Below are positions 47,604-55,869 of a stretch of 64,000 nt of DNA, in pieces; the first letter of the stretch is position 1, and the number at the start of each line of letters is the position of its first letter. Origin of the DNA: a virus (taxonomy: Duplodnaviria > Caudoviricetes); IMG/VR virus record IMGVR_UViG_2706795919_000001, positions 11,817 through 75,816 of that record, one strand, 5' to 3'. A program made the position numbers and the translations under genes. The notes beneath the pieces are model-generated. The model had not been told where the DNA came from. It did no database searches and saw nothing but the letters and a program-made list of their open reading frames with translations.

Positions 47604-48011
47604 ATGTGGGCTGAGTCTCCGCTTGTGCCCGGCATTCAGGTTTCCGATCAAGGCATTGTCAAGGGTCCCCGCAAAGAGCTTTCACAGTGGCCGGATGAGC
47701 GCGGCTGTATGCGCGTCAAGGCGGGCGGTAGGCCGTACGCGGTACATCTGCTGGTGCTGACGGCGTTCGTCGGTCCACGGCCCGATGGGGCGTCTCCACG
47801 GTGGCTTAACGGTGACCCTACGGACAACCGGCTGGTGAATCTGACTTGGCAGCTTCCGGATGAGCCGGAAGTGCTGACGCGGATCAATCGCTGCCGGAAC
47901 GGTCACGTCTACTCACGCGAGAACACGAAGATTTGGGGATCAGGTCACCGGATTTGTTTGGACTGCGAACGCGGCCATCCCCCGGTGACACAGCTTCCGG
48001 AAGTTCTATAG
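47604..48011 (+). CDS. NUMOD4/HNH homing endonuclease-like protein
   Basis: VSDQG.V, VHLLVLTAFVGPRP, NGDPTDNRLVNL.W, CRNGH. Confidence 0.8.
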   Translation: MWAESPLVPGIQVSDQGIVKGPRKELSQWPDERGCMRVKAGGRPYAVHLLVLTAFVGPRPDGASPRWLNGDPTDNRLVNLTWQLPDEPEVLTRINRCRNGHVYSRENTKIWGSGHRICLDCERGHPPVTQLPEVL

Positions 48012-48097
48012 CGCGCACGCCCAGGCGAGGGCGGTTCTGGCTGCGCTAGCGGACGGTCATATAGCGGGCCGTCCGTTCTTTCGCGTTAGGAGGTCAG

Positions 48098-48367
48098 ATG
48101 CCAAAGCTAAGGCCGTCCGATATCGCGTGGCTAAGCATGGTCGCGGGCATTCTCGCTTACGAGTGGCGCGCGCCTGAGGGGGAGCTACTTAGCGAGGGTT
48201 GGGATCGGTACTTGCAGAACCATCCTGTAGCGGCTCGGGTGTTCCCGGTGCTGCTGATTCTGCATGTCATTAACGCGCTGCCGCAAAGGGTTGACCCATT
48301 CCATTGGGCATTCTGCGCTATGCAGGCAGCGGGGAGAAAAGCAATTGACCACGAAGGATGCAATTAA
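48098..48367 (+). CDS. Membrane-associated hypothetical protein
   Basis: GGAGG RBS; ELLSEG.DRY..HP motif. Confidence 0.65.
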   Translation: MPKLRPSDIAWLSMVAGILAYEWRAPEGELLSEGWDRYLQNHPVAARVFPVLLILHVINALPQRVDPFHWAFCAMQAAGRKAIDHEGCN

Positions 48368-48686
48368 CCCGTCGCACTACAAAGACGGTTGGTCGAATGG
48401 CGCTGAGGTCATCGACATTACCGAGAATCTGAACTTCAACCGTGGCAATGCGGTCAAATACATTGCACGCGCTGGGGCTAAGGACCCGGATAAGACTATT
48501 GAGGACCTTGAAAAGGCTCAGTGGTACTTGCAGCGCGAGCTTAAGCGCCTTAAGCGCGATGCCGATAAGCCTAAGCCTCAGGTCGTCGATACGACGATCC
48601 GGATTAATGGCGGGCCAATCGCGGGGCGGCTTATGAACGAGGACTACTACAAGTCGCTCGCAAAGATGCCAAGGGGGTTTGCGTGA
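48345..48686 (+). CDS. DUF3310-like protein
   Basis: INPSHY, GNAVKYIARAG.K, EDLEKAQWYL. Confidence 0.85.
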   Translation: MTTKDAINPSHYKDGWSNGAEVIDITENLNFNRGNAVKYIARAGAKDPDKTIEDLEKAQWYLQRELKRLKRDADKPKPQVVDTTIRINGGPIAGRLMNEDYYKSLAKMPRGFA

Positions 48687-49465
48687 GCGCTAAGGTTCTG
48701 GTCCTAGACATTGAGACGCAGCGAGCGATCGTTGAGACGTTCTCCCTGTTCAGGCCGTTTATCGGCATTGACCGGGTGATTAAGCCGACGCGCGTCCTTT
48801 GCTTCGCCGCTAAGTGGCGGGATCAGGACAAGGTGATCTTCAAGTCCGCGTGGGACGACGACGACGAGGACGCCTACCTCCGCATGATGCAGTCCGCTTG
48901 GGACCTGCTTAACGAGGCTGACGTTGTGGTCACTTGGAATGGTGACCGGTTCGACGTGCAGTGGTTTGAGGCTGAGTTCCTGCGCCTGGGCCTGGGTCGC
49001 CCGATGCCGTACAAGTCCGTGGACCTGATTAAGACGGTTAAGCGCTGGTTCAAGGGTGGGCTTATGTCCATGAAGCTGGACTGGTCCTCGCGCATCGTCC
49101 TTAAGGACCGCAAGGTGCATCACGGCGGCGCTGATCTGTGGCATGACATTCGTTGGGGGACCCGCGCTGAGAAGCGGGCCGCGCAGAAGCTAATGCGTGA
49201 GTACAACGAGCATGACGTGGTTCTGACGGGTCGCCTGTTTGAGCATCACTTGCCGTACCTGACGAACTTGAACCTGGCTCTATACGAGCAGAACGAGGAC
49301 GGCGAATTGCACTGCACTAAGTGCAACAGCACGAACCTAAAGAAAGACGGAGTGAAGGCTTACGTCACTAGCGCGGGTGTCTATCAGATGCACCGCTGCA
49401 ATGACTGCAATGCCACGTCGCGCGGTAAGCGTGTTCGCTCCACTACGGAATTGAGGCCGGTGTGA
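48683..49465 (+). CDS. DnaQ-like 3'-5' exonuclease with C-terminal Zn ribbon
   Basis: LDIET, WNGDRFD, YNEHDV, CTKC..CNDC. Confidence 0.88.
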   Translation: MSAKVLVLDIETQRAIVETFSLFRPFIGIDRVIKPTRVLCFAAKWRDQDKVIFKSAWDDDDEDAYLRMMQSAWDLLNEADVVVTWNGDRFDVQWFEAEFLRLGLGRPMPYKSVDLIKTVKRWFKGGLMSMKLDWSSRIVLKDRKVHHGGADLWHDIRWGTRAEKRAAQKLMREYNEHDVVLTGRLFEHHLPYLTNLNLALYEQNEDGELHCTKCNSTNLKKDGVKAYVTSAGVYQMHRCNDCNATSRGKRVRSTTELRPV

Positions 49466-49662
49466 CCGCAGTTACCGACCCTGCCGATTTCAATTGGCCG
49501 GATGGTGACCATGCGGGTTGCAGGGTTATGTCGCTGACGCCTGGTGGGCCGTGGGAGTGCGTGGGAATGCACTGCGCTTACTGCGGTAAGCCATGTGGCG
49601 CTCAGGGGCATATGAAGTGCTTTGAGGAGAATAGACATGAAGCCGGTAGCGCAGCCGAATAA
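49462..49662 (+). CDS. Small Cys/His-rich protein
   Basis: GTGA overlap; HCAYCGKPC..GH. Confidence 0.55.
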   Translation: MTAVTDPADFNWPDGDHAGCRVMSLTPGGPWECVGMHCAYCGKPCGAQGHMKCFEENRHEAGSAAE

Positions 49663-49900
49663 GCATTACCAAGTGATGCTGGCGAGCTTGCTTACCAACA
49701 AGCGGGGGACGCTTGCGAACAACGTCTCCGCTTTCAACATGGACCTGGCGGCTAAGCGGTGGATTAAGTGAGTAAGGCCGCTGCGAGTCGTCGCCAGGAG
49801 CTACGGCGGTCGAACGCAGCGGTCCCTCACCGTAACCGGTATCGGGAGGCTAAGAGCGGAAAGGGTCAGCATGGGCAGGCCGTAGCAGAGGGGGTCGCTG

Positions 49901-50320
49901 ATGCCTGGGAATCTTCGCAAGAAGAGTGGGGCTGGCAAGACTGAGCGTGATTACCTCCGGGCGCGTCGGCGCGTCCTAAGGCAGTCGCAAATCTGCGCCT
50001 ATCCTCCGTGCCGTAAGGCTATCGACCTGAAACTAAAGCCGATCTGTCAGTTCGTGGACACGTCATTGTTCACGGTTGAGACGGCGCACCTAATCCCGCT
50101 GACTTGTGGGGACGAATGTCGGGAAGCTAAGCACGCACGCAAGGCTAATCCGTATAGCGCGTCCGCTAACCACAAAATCCCGGTGTCGCAGTTGCCTCCG
50201 GATTCCGACATGCTCGCTTCTGCTAAGAACCTTGAACCTATGCACCTTAAGTGCAACCAGGAGCTTGGGGACGGCGACATAAAGCCTAGAAATAAGACTT
50301 CTAGAGATTGGTTCGCATAA
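49901..50320 (+). CDS. HNH endonuclease
   Basis: CAYPPC, ANHKIP, NLEPMHLKCN. Confidence 0.75.
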   Translation: MPGNLRKKSGAGKTERDYLRARRRVLRQSQICAYPPCRKAIDLKLKPICQFVDTSLFTVETAHLIPLTCGDECREAKHARKANPYSASANHKIPVSQLPPDSDMLASAKNLEPMHLKCNQELGDGDIKPRNKTSRDWFA

Positions 50321-50547
50321 TGTCTGAATACGATCCCGATAACGGCGAGGACGACGGCAATCTGCTGGTCGCTGAGCTTAGGATCATTCAATACATCGAC
50401 GCTGACGGTCAGCTAAACACTGTCGATTTCTCGCAAGGCGCTGGCGGCGTCGAGCTTGAGGAAAACGATTACGCGAAGCTGCTGGACTGGGCGCGGGCGT
50501 TTGTGCTTGCTCCTAAGGTGGCGGCGATTCTCGCTGGTAATGACTGA
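50320..50547 (+). CDS. Hypothetical acidic protein
   Basis: TAATG overlap. Confidence 0.55.
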   Translation: MSEYDPDNGEDDGNLLVAELRIIQYIDADGQLNTVDFSQGAGGVELEENDYAKLLDWARAFVLAPKVAAILAGND

Positions 50548-51041
50548 GGTCTATAAGTCCGACGTTGAGTGCCGGTGCCTTAGCTGTGACGACATGATCC
50601 GGCTAGGTGATGAAGTGCAGGAACTATCGGGAGAGCTATTCCATGCCGAGTGCATATGACCCTTGGGGACCGCTGCCGTCGCCCGCTGAGTGCGAGCGCG
50701 CGCTTAGGTTCCTGGGGTGGGCTTACGAGTCGTGCTTTGAGACTGCCGAGAGCTTGTACCGGCGTGAGTATGGCGATCTGCCGTGCTTCGCGGTGGACGC
50801 TCCGGACGGTGGGCACCTGGGCGCGATGCACTTTCTTAAGCGGGCTGTGTCCCTGCTAGAGGTTCAACGAGAGGTACGCCAGAGTGGGCAAGCCAGGTGA
50901 TGTATCCCCGGAGGTTGCGTCGGCGGTGAGTTTCGATGTGGTGGGCAGTGCGATTGAGTACGCCCGTAAGCATCACCCCGATATGGTCGAGCAGCTTGAG
51001 GCTACGCGGCTGATTCACGCTAAGAGGCTGGTTGAACTAAC

Positions 51042-51113
51042 GCCACCTTAGCTCAGGGGTAGAGCAGCGCCTTCGTAACGCGCAGGTCAACGGTTCGATT
51101 CCGTTAGGTGGCT
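51042..51113 (+). tRNA. tRNA-Thr(CGT)
   Basis: Cloverleaf; loop TTCGTAA; C-C mismatch at the base of the anticodon stem. Confidence 0.9.
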
Positions 51114-51137
51114 CTGTAAACAAACTATTGAGAGGAA

Positions 51138-51329
51138 ATGATGGACCCGGTACTAGTTGAGAAGGAACGGCGCGGCGCTGTGCAGGAGCTTCGGGACCGT
51201 AACGCTTGGCCTAAGGCTGAGCCGGTTGAACCAGAGGCAGAGGTTGAGAAGCCTAAGCGCGGTCGCCCCGCTAAGCAGGACGCGCCGGAGCCTGAGCCTG
51301 AGGGCATTGAGGTCGCGGTCAGCGAATAA
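51138..51329 (+). CDS. Hypothetical protein with AT-hook-like motif
   Basis: GAGG RBS; KPKRGRPAK. Confidence 0.6.
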   Translation: MMDPVLVEKERRGAVQELRDRNAWPKAEPVEPEAEVEKPKRGRPAKQDAPEPEPEGIEVAVSE

Positions 51330-51453
51330 GGAATTACCGCGTGTCGTCCGCGTAGGGACTGCTAGCCCGGACTGGCACGCATTTTAACTGGGAGCCGTAG
51401 TCCCCCGTTCAAATTGCTAGCAGAAGCCCATACGCGTTAGGGCAACTACGCAT

Positions 51454-51527
51454 CTGGTTGTAGCGCAGCTTGGTAGCGCGCCTGATTTGGATTCAGGGGG
51501 TCGGAGGTTCAAATCCTTCCAGCCAGA
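51454..51527 (+). tRNA. tRNA-Pro(TGG)
   Basis: Cloverleaf; CCTGA-TTTGGAT-TCAGG. Confidence 0.93.
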
Positions 51528-51528
51528 C

Positions 51529-51702
51529 ATGATTGAGCTTGATAAAGAGTCCACTTACCGTGACCGCTTAGGCCGGAAGTGGGAGTGGTCAGACCTTAAT
51601 GGCTGGGTAGTTAATCGAATGGCTACCTTCGGCGGGTTCTGGCCGGATGATGAGTTTGCGCCGTTCACGGTTATTGATCCGTGTCCGACGTGCCATAGGT
51701 AA
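51529..51702 (+). CDS. Hypothetical protein
   Basis: 57 aa starting immediately after tRNA-Pro. Confidence 0.5.
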   Translation: MIELDKESTYRDRLGRKWEWSDLNGWVVNRMATFGGFWPDDEFAPFTVIDPCPTCHR

Positions 51703-51866
51703 GGCGCACGCTAGCCTCACGGTTAGTGGCCTTCGGTTATGTCCCTACCGACTGAAAGGGATCGTTGCAGAACTTTCGTATAACTGTCGTCCTGCCGGGG
51801 GTTGCGTAACACTGACCTATACCCGGTCGCTGTATGGCTCCACGGTGTTATGCAAACGGGCCTCTT

Positions 51867-51940
51867 GCGCTAGCTACCCCTGTTGGCGGGGTGCCTGCCT
51901 TCCAAGCAGGATCACGCGGGTTCGATTCCTGTCTAGTGCT
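51867..51940 (+). tRNA. tRNA-Gly(TCC)
   Basis: Cloverleaf; CCTGC-CTTCCAA-GCAGG; atypical D arm. Confidence 0.85.
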
Positions 51941-51945
51941 CTCTT

Positions 51946-52018
51946 AGCTCGGTAGCTCAACTGGTAGAGCAGTGGTCTCCAAAGCCACCGGTTGCAGGTT
52001 CGACTCCTGTCCGGGTTG
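51946..52018 (+). tRNA. tRNA-Trp(CCA)
   Basis: Cloverleaf; GTGGT-CTCCAAA-GCCAC. Confidence 0.93.
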
Positions 52019-52019
52019 C

Positions 52020-52093
52020 GGTTCCGTAGGCAAACTGGCAAAGCCGTCTGACTTAGAATCAGGTGTTTGGGAGTTCGACTCTCCCCGGAACTA
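52020..52093 (+). tRNA. tRNA-Leu(TAG) with short variable loop
   Basis: Cloverleaf; TCTGA-CTTAGAA-TCAGG. Confidence 0.9.
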
Positions 52094-52094
52094 C

Positions 52095-52168
52095 GCTAAG
52101 TAGCTTAATGGTAAAGCCCCCGGTTGTGGTCCGGGCGATCACGGTTCAACTCCGTGCTTAAGCCACCA
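52095..52168 (+). tRNA. tRNA-His(GTG) with irregular acceptor stem
   Basis: CCCGG-TTGTGGT-CCGGG; GCTAAG versus CTTAAGC needs a bulge. Confidence 0.78.
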
Positions 52169-52180
52169 ACTTAGAGGGGA

Positions 52181-52453
52181 ATGTTAATGACTTTCATGAT
52201 TCTGGTTGTCGCTGCTGACGGGATGCTGCAACGGACGGCCACGTTGGACGGCTCCGCTACGCAGAGCGAGATTGACGATGTGGTGCTGTCGCTGCTTGAC
52301 GAGTTCAACGGCCAGGCTGGGGCGCTCCTGATTAAGGCTTCCAGCGAGGAACAGATCACGGTCAATGACCAGACGTTCACGGTTACGACGGACCGTTGGG
52401 TTCCGGACGTTACCGACGTTCATGGCTCGCTTAGCGCCCTTATTGCCCGCTAG
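52181..52453 (+). CDS. Hypothetical protein between tRNAs
   Basis: GAGGGG RBS, 90 aa. Confidence 0.55.
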   Translation: MLMTFMILVVAADGMLQRTATLDGSATQSEIDDVVLSLLDEFNGQAGALLIKASSEEQITVNDQTFTVTTDRWVPDVTDVHGSLSALIAR

Positions 52454-52518
52454 CACAATTTGGCAGTTGCGCCCGGCTCTGAACCGGGAGGTTCCAGGTT
52501 CGACTCCTGGGTGGGCAG
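52444..52518 (+). tRNA. tRNA-Gln(CTG)
   Basis: Cloverleaf; CCCGG-CTCTGAA-CCGGG. Confidence 0.9.
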
Positions 52519-52527
52519 CGCCGCTAC

Positions 52528-52601
52528 GCCTCCGTAGCTCAGATGGTTAGAGCAGCCGACTCTTAATCGGCGGGTCGCAGGTTCGACTCCTGCCGGGGGT
52601 A
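52528..52601 (+). tRNA. tRNA-Lys(CTT)
   Basis: Cloverleaf; GCCGA-CTCTTAA-TCGGC. Confidence 0.95.
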
Positions 52602-52602
52602 C

Positions 52603-52965
52603 TTAGGTGATGTATCCGGCTTGCCGGGCGCGGCCAACGTAGTAGCCCACAGACTTGGGCGCACACCCGATGGCCTTGCTTACGGCCTGGGTCCTGCCGC
52701 CTGTCTCTGAGTCGTTGTAAGCCTTGGCGATCTTCTCAAGGGTTGCCTCGTCTAGCACCCGGCGTACGGCTTTGCGCTTGCGCCGCTTGGGTGTTGAGGA
52801 AACGACCGTTAGCTTAGCGGGCTTAGCCGGTGTCGGCTGGGTTCCGTTGGTGCCGATCAGTTCTCGGATGAGCACCTGTTCCATTTCGCTTGCTAGTTCT
52901 GTGTGTTCGTGCTTACGGAGTACGACCGCGGCATTAGCTACGAGCGCCATTTCTGACTTGTTCAT
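52603..52965 (-). CDS. HTH DNA-binding protein, probably leaderless
   Basis: TQAVSKAIGCAPKSVGYYVGRARQAG; TACCCT 7 nt before ATG. Confidence 0.78.
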   Translation of the reverse strand: MNKSEMALVANAAVVLRKHEHTELASEMEQVLIRELIGTNGTQPTPAKPAKLTVVSSTPKRRKRKAVRRVLDEATLEKIAKAYNDSETGGRTQAVSKAIGCAPKSVGYYVGRARQAGYIT

Positions 52966-53029
52966 GCACGTCAGGGTACATGCGCTGCTCTCTTACGTAC
53001 TCACGTTGACTTACTTGGGGGTGGTCTGT

Positions 53030-53737
53030 GTGTCGGGGGTTCTTAGCCTTTACGGCACACGGAGTTCTAAGTTCTGGTCTGAGGCTCCGGCGAAGTTCGA
53101 CGTGCTCAATCTGCGCGCGATCTTCCCGTCAAGCTCCCGCGAGGGCATCCCTGATCTAGAGCGCTGCGATTGGGTCCCGGACGTGCTGGGCGCTTGGCAC
53201 ATGCCACGCCAGCGCGAGGCTGCGGCTCGGGAGAACGGCGCGGTCCACTTCTTTCTGGACGACTACAGGTTTGAGACGGCGTTTAGCAGCCCTGAGCGGA
53301 CCGTGGGGCGAGTTTTGGACGTGGGTGGTGCCCTAGAGCCGAACTTCTCCATTTACTACGACATGCCGCGTGTGGCGCAGGTTTGGAACACGTACCGGAC
53401 CCGCTGGTGCGGTGCCTACTGGCAGAGCCAGGGCGTGAAGGTCATTCCTACCGTCTGCTGGGCACGCTCAGAGACTTTTGAGTTCGTCTTTGACGGGATA
53501 CCGCAGGGCGGCACTGTGGCGCTCTCAGCGCTCGGTATGGGGCAGAAGCCGGAGGACGTTCAGATATTCGTTGACGGACTCCGCGAGCTTGTGGATCGCG
53601 TGCAGCCGTCCACGATCCTGTCCTACGGGAAGCTCCGGCATGTACCGGACTCGCTGAGCCTGCCGACTGTGCGCGAGTACCCGACGTTCTGGGATATGCG
53701 CCGGAAGATGCTTAAGGCCGCTAATGGGTCGGGGTAG
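53030..53737 (+). CDS. DUF4417-like protein
   Basis: VHFFLDDYRFE, PNFSIYYDMP..Q.WN.YR.RW.GAYWQ..G.KVIPTV.W. Confidence 0.82.
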   Translation: MSGVLSLYGTRSSKFWSEAPAKFDVLNLRAIFPSSSREGIPDLERCDWVPDVLGAWHMPRQREAAARENGAVHFFLDDYRFETAFSSPERTVGRVLDVGGALEPNFSIYYDMPRVAQVWNTYRTRWCGAYWQSQGVKVIPTVCWARSETFEFVFDGIPQGGTVALSALGMGQKPEDVQIFVDGLRELVDRVQPSTILSYGKLRHVPDSLSLPTVREYPTFWDMRRKMLKAANGSG

Positions 53738-54110
53738 GTCGCCAGCCGGTACGGGTTACCGGTCGCGGCGTGATCCTGACTATGTGACGCTTTACCATCG
53801 CGCTCGCTCGGCTGAGGCTGCGGAGGCTATCGCTAAAGAGGGCTTTAAGGCTGGCTCGCGCGGTGACTGGGTATTCCTTAGCACTAAGCTGGACTCGCAT
53901 CACTCACCGTTTGGTGATCATGTGGTGGAGGTCCGCGTTAAGAAGTCGGACGTGTTCTCGGATAATGAGGACCAGGGCTACGCGGTGCGCGTTAAGCGCC
54001 AGCAGCTAGAGGTCACTAAGAACTACTTCCACGTTGGGAAGGTGCCGGATAAGTTTCCGAAGCGCCGCCCGCGTTGGGTTAAGAACGATAAGCAGATGCG
54101 TCCGAAATAG
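53724..54110 (+). CDS. Small ADP-ribosyltransferase-fold protein (PARP-like pattern)
   Basis: TLYH..AAEAIAKEGF..G.WVFLST..FG..VVEVRV. Confidence 0.55.
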   Translation: MGRGRSPAGTGYRSRRDPDYVTLYHRARSAEAAEAIAKEGFKAGSRGDWVFLSTKLDSHHSPFGDHVVEVRVKKSDVFSDNEDQGYAVRVKRQQLEVTKNYFHVGKVPDKFPKRRPRWVKNDKQMRPK

Positions 54111-54160
54111 TATTAGCCCCTACCCAAGCCTCTCTACGATGCTCAAATGGGTAGGGCCGT

Positions 54161-54231
54161 TCCCCTGTCATCTAAGGGCAGGATGCCACGCTGTTAACGT
54201 GGTCACGCAGGTTCGACCCCTGCTGGGGGAG
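54161..54231 (+). tRNA. tRNA-Asn(GTT)
   Basis: Cloverleaf; CCACG-CTGTTAA-CGTGG. Confidence 0.88.
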
Positions 54232-54237
54232 CTTAAG

Positions 54238-54310
54238 TACCGCGCCGGGGGATCGAACCCCGGACCCGCTGATTAAAAGTCAGCTGCTCTACCAACTGAG
54301 CTAGCGCGGC
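54238..54310 (-). tRNA. tRNA-Lys(TTT), minus strand
   Basis: Reverse complement GCCGCGCTAGCTCAGTTGGTAGAGCAGCTGA-CTTTTAA-TCAGC..GGTTCGATCC. Confidence 0.95.
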
Positions 54311-54322
54311 GGTGCGAGTGTA

Positions 54323-54568
54323 TCAGACGTAATCGTCGCCACTCTGAAAGAACTTTCTGGCTTCGTCCAGGTCAGGGGCGGCTAAGAGGACAATCACGTC
54401 GCACTTGGAGTCCACGTCGAATGTCCAGATGACATGTTCGACCGCTAAATACACTCCGTGCTTGTAAATGTGGTCGCCTACGCGGGGCGGGTAATCCATT
54501 AACCGTTCGCCCGTTAGGTCGTCGTGATCGGTTTGACCTTCGATACCGAAACGTACTCGGATTTTCAC
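54323..54568 (-). CDS. Hypothetical protein
   Basis: GAGG RBS, 81 aa, PRVGD motif. Confidence 0.6.
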   Translation of the reverse strand: MKIRVRFGIEGQTDHDDLTGERLMDYPPRVGDHIYKHGVYLAVEHVIWTFDVDSKCDVIVLLAAPDLDEARKFFQSGDDYV

Positions 54569-54570
54569 GC

Positions 54571-55290
54571 TTAGACCTCTTCCACCTTCCAGTTGTTAAC
54601 GTGCTCCGGCAGGACCACGATTTCCATTTCGTCGCGGTTAGTGAAATGCGCGATAACCTGATCACGGTTAACGGTTCCGCTAACGATGCGCGGGCAAGTG
54701 TCGTCGCCCTCGTTGTGGAAGCGCTTAGCGAACCAGCGGGCGCGGGCCTTGAACAGGGTCCATGATAGGCCGTCCTCGCCGCCCTCTTCCCGGTACCCAC
54801 GGTAGACGGGGATATCCGTCTCGGGGAGCATGGCTAGTAGCTCTTGTTCCTCGTCGGACATGATGTGGTGGCGGTCGGGGCGCTCGCAGGTAAGCAAGTC
54901 CTCCCACTCCCAGCGGTTCTCATAGATGTTCTCGCTGTCGGTCCAGATGCGGCCCAGGAGCGACCAGTATTCCTCGTCGGTCATGTTGTGGGCGATGGCC
55001 GCGAACGCGTCCAGCCGGTACGGGCGTTCGTGCAGGAATACGGCGGTGTTCCACTTACGGGCCTTAATGGCGTCCGCTAAGGCGCGGCGCTTGTACTCGT
55101 AGTGAGCGTTGAGGCGCGCGTGTTCCTTTTCGTGCATGAACATGGCGAACACCAGCGGGTGCTTGAGCATGGGTCCGAATACGCCGGTGTCCACCATGTG
55201 TCGTTGGAGGTCGGGGTGCAGCGGTTCGACGGGAGCGTTCAGAAGCTCCATGATGCTTTCGATCTGCTGCTCTTTGGTTTCGTTGCTCAT
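54571..55290 (-). CDS. R-S-E type ADP-ribosyltransferase-like protein, leaderless
   Basis: VYRG, GLSWT, DEMEIVV. Confidence 0.65.
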   Translation of the reverse strand: MSNETKEQQIESIMELLNAPVEPLHPDLQRHMVDTGVFGPMLKHPLVFAMFMHEKEHARLNAHYEYKRRALADAIKARKWNTAVFLHERPYRLDAFAAIAHNMTDEEYWSLLGRIWTDSENIYENRWEWEDLLTCERPDRHHIMSDEEQELLAMLPETDIPVYRGYREEGGEDGLSWTLFKARARWFAKRFHNEGDDTCPRIVSGTVNRDQVIAHFTNRDEMEIVVLPEHVNNWKVEEV

Positions 55291-55296
55291 ATCTCT

Positions 55297-55325
55297 ACCG
55301 TACACGCGGTGTACGCGAGTGTCAA
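55297..55325 (-). promoter_or_regulatory. SigA-type promoter with dyad
   Basis: TTGACA-N17-TACGGT, 6 nt before ATG. Confidence 0.8.
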
Positions 55326-55586
55326 CTACCGATTTGACCAGTAGGAAAGCTCGCGGTCCTTTTCCGCTAACTGTTCCTTAAGCTCGCTAAGCTCGGCTTC
55401 CAGTTCGGCCACGCGCGATTCCTCGTCGGTGGTCAGGAAATGGATCGCGTCATAGATCGCGTCGGCCATCTGCCCAGCGGCCACGCCTACTAACGCTTGC
55501 CTACGCTTAACCTCCGGTACGGCCTTAATGGACCGGTACTCAATGAGCACTGACCTTAAGCCGTTAACCAACACGTCCTTAGTCAT
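55326..55586 (-). CDS. Hypothetical coiled-coil protein
   Basis: 86 aa. Confidence 0.6.
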   Translation of the reverse strand: MTKDVLVNGLRSVLIEYRSIKAVPEVKRRQALVGVAAGQMADAIYDAIHFLTTDEESRVAELEAELSELKEQLAEKDRELSYWSNR

Positions 55587-55869
55587 CTTCGTTCCACCGT
55601 TCTCCGGCGTAGGTCGGATCGAACCACGACGGCGCGATATCGGTATCGGGGTACCGCTCCCGTATTTCGTCCATGCGCGGTTGCACGCGTTCGACGTACA
55701 GCGCGTAGTGACGCTCGCAGCGCGGGTACCGGAGGCCAGAGCCGGAGAGCGCCAGATACTCGCTCACCGGCCCTGAGCAGGGTCCGTACTCGTCGTTGCC
55801 GTAATCCGTGCAGTCCACGGCCCTACCTCCTTTTGTCACTGTGACGTTAAGACGCCTGCATGAGGCCAA
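55579..55869 (-). CDS. Hypothetical Cys-containing protein (start probably at internal GTG)
   Basis: CSGPV..YPRCERH..APSWFDPTYAGERW. Confidence 0.65.
   Translation of the reverse strand: MASCRRLNVTVTKGGRAVDCTDYGNDEYGPCSGPVSEYLALSGSGLRYPRCERHYALYVERVQPRMDEIRERYPDTDIAPSWFDPTYAGERWNEDD

Noticed and set aside
52724-53029. N-terminal extension of the DUF4417-like ORF
   Set aside because: Overlaps the opposite-strand HTH gene and its promoter; GTG 53030 with a GGGGG RBS is more plausible
54238-54310. tRNA-Lys(TTT) as the attP core
   Set aside because: It is a complete tRNA 33 kb from the integrase, and host identity cannot be checked here
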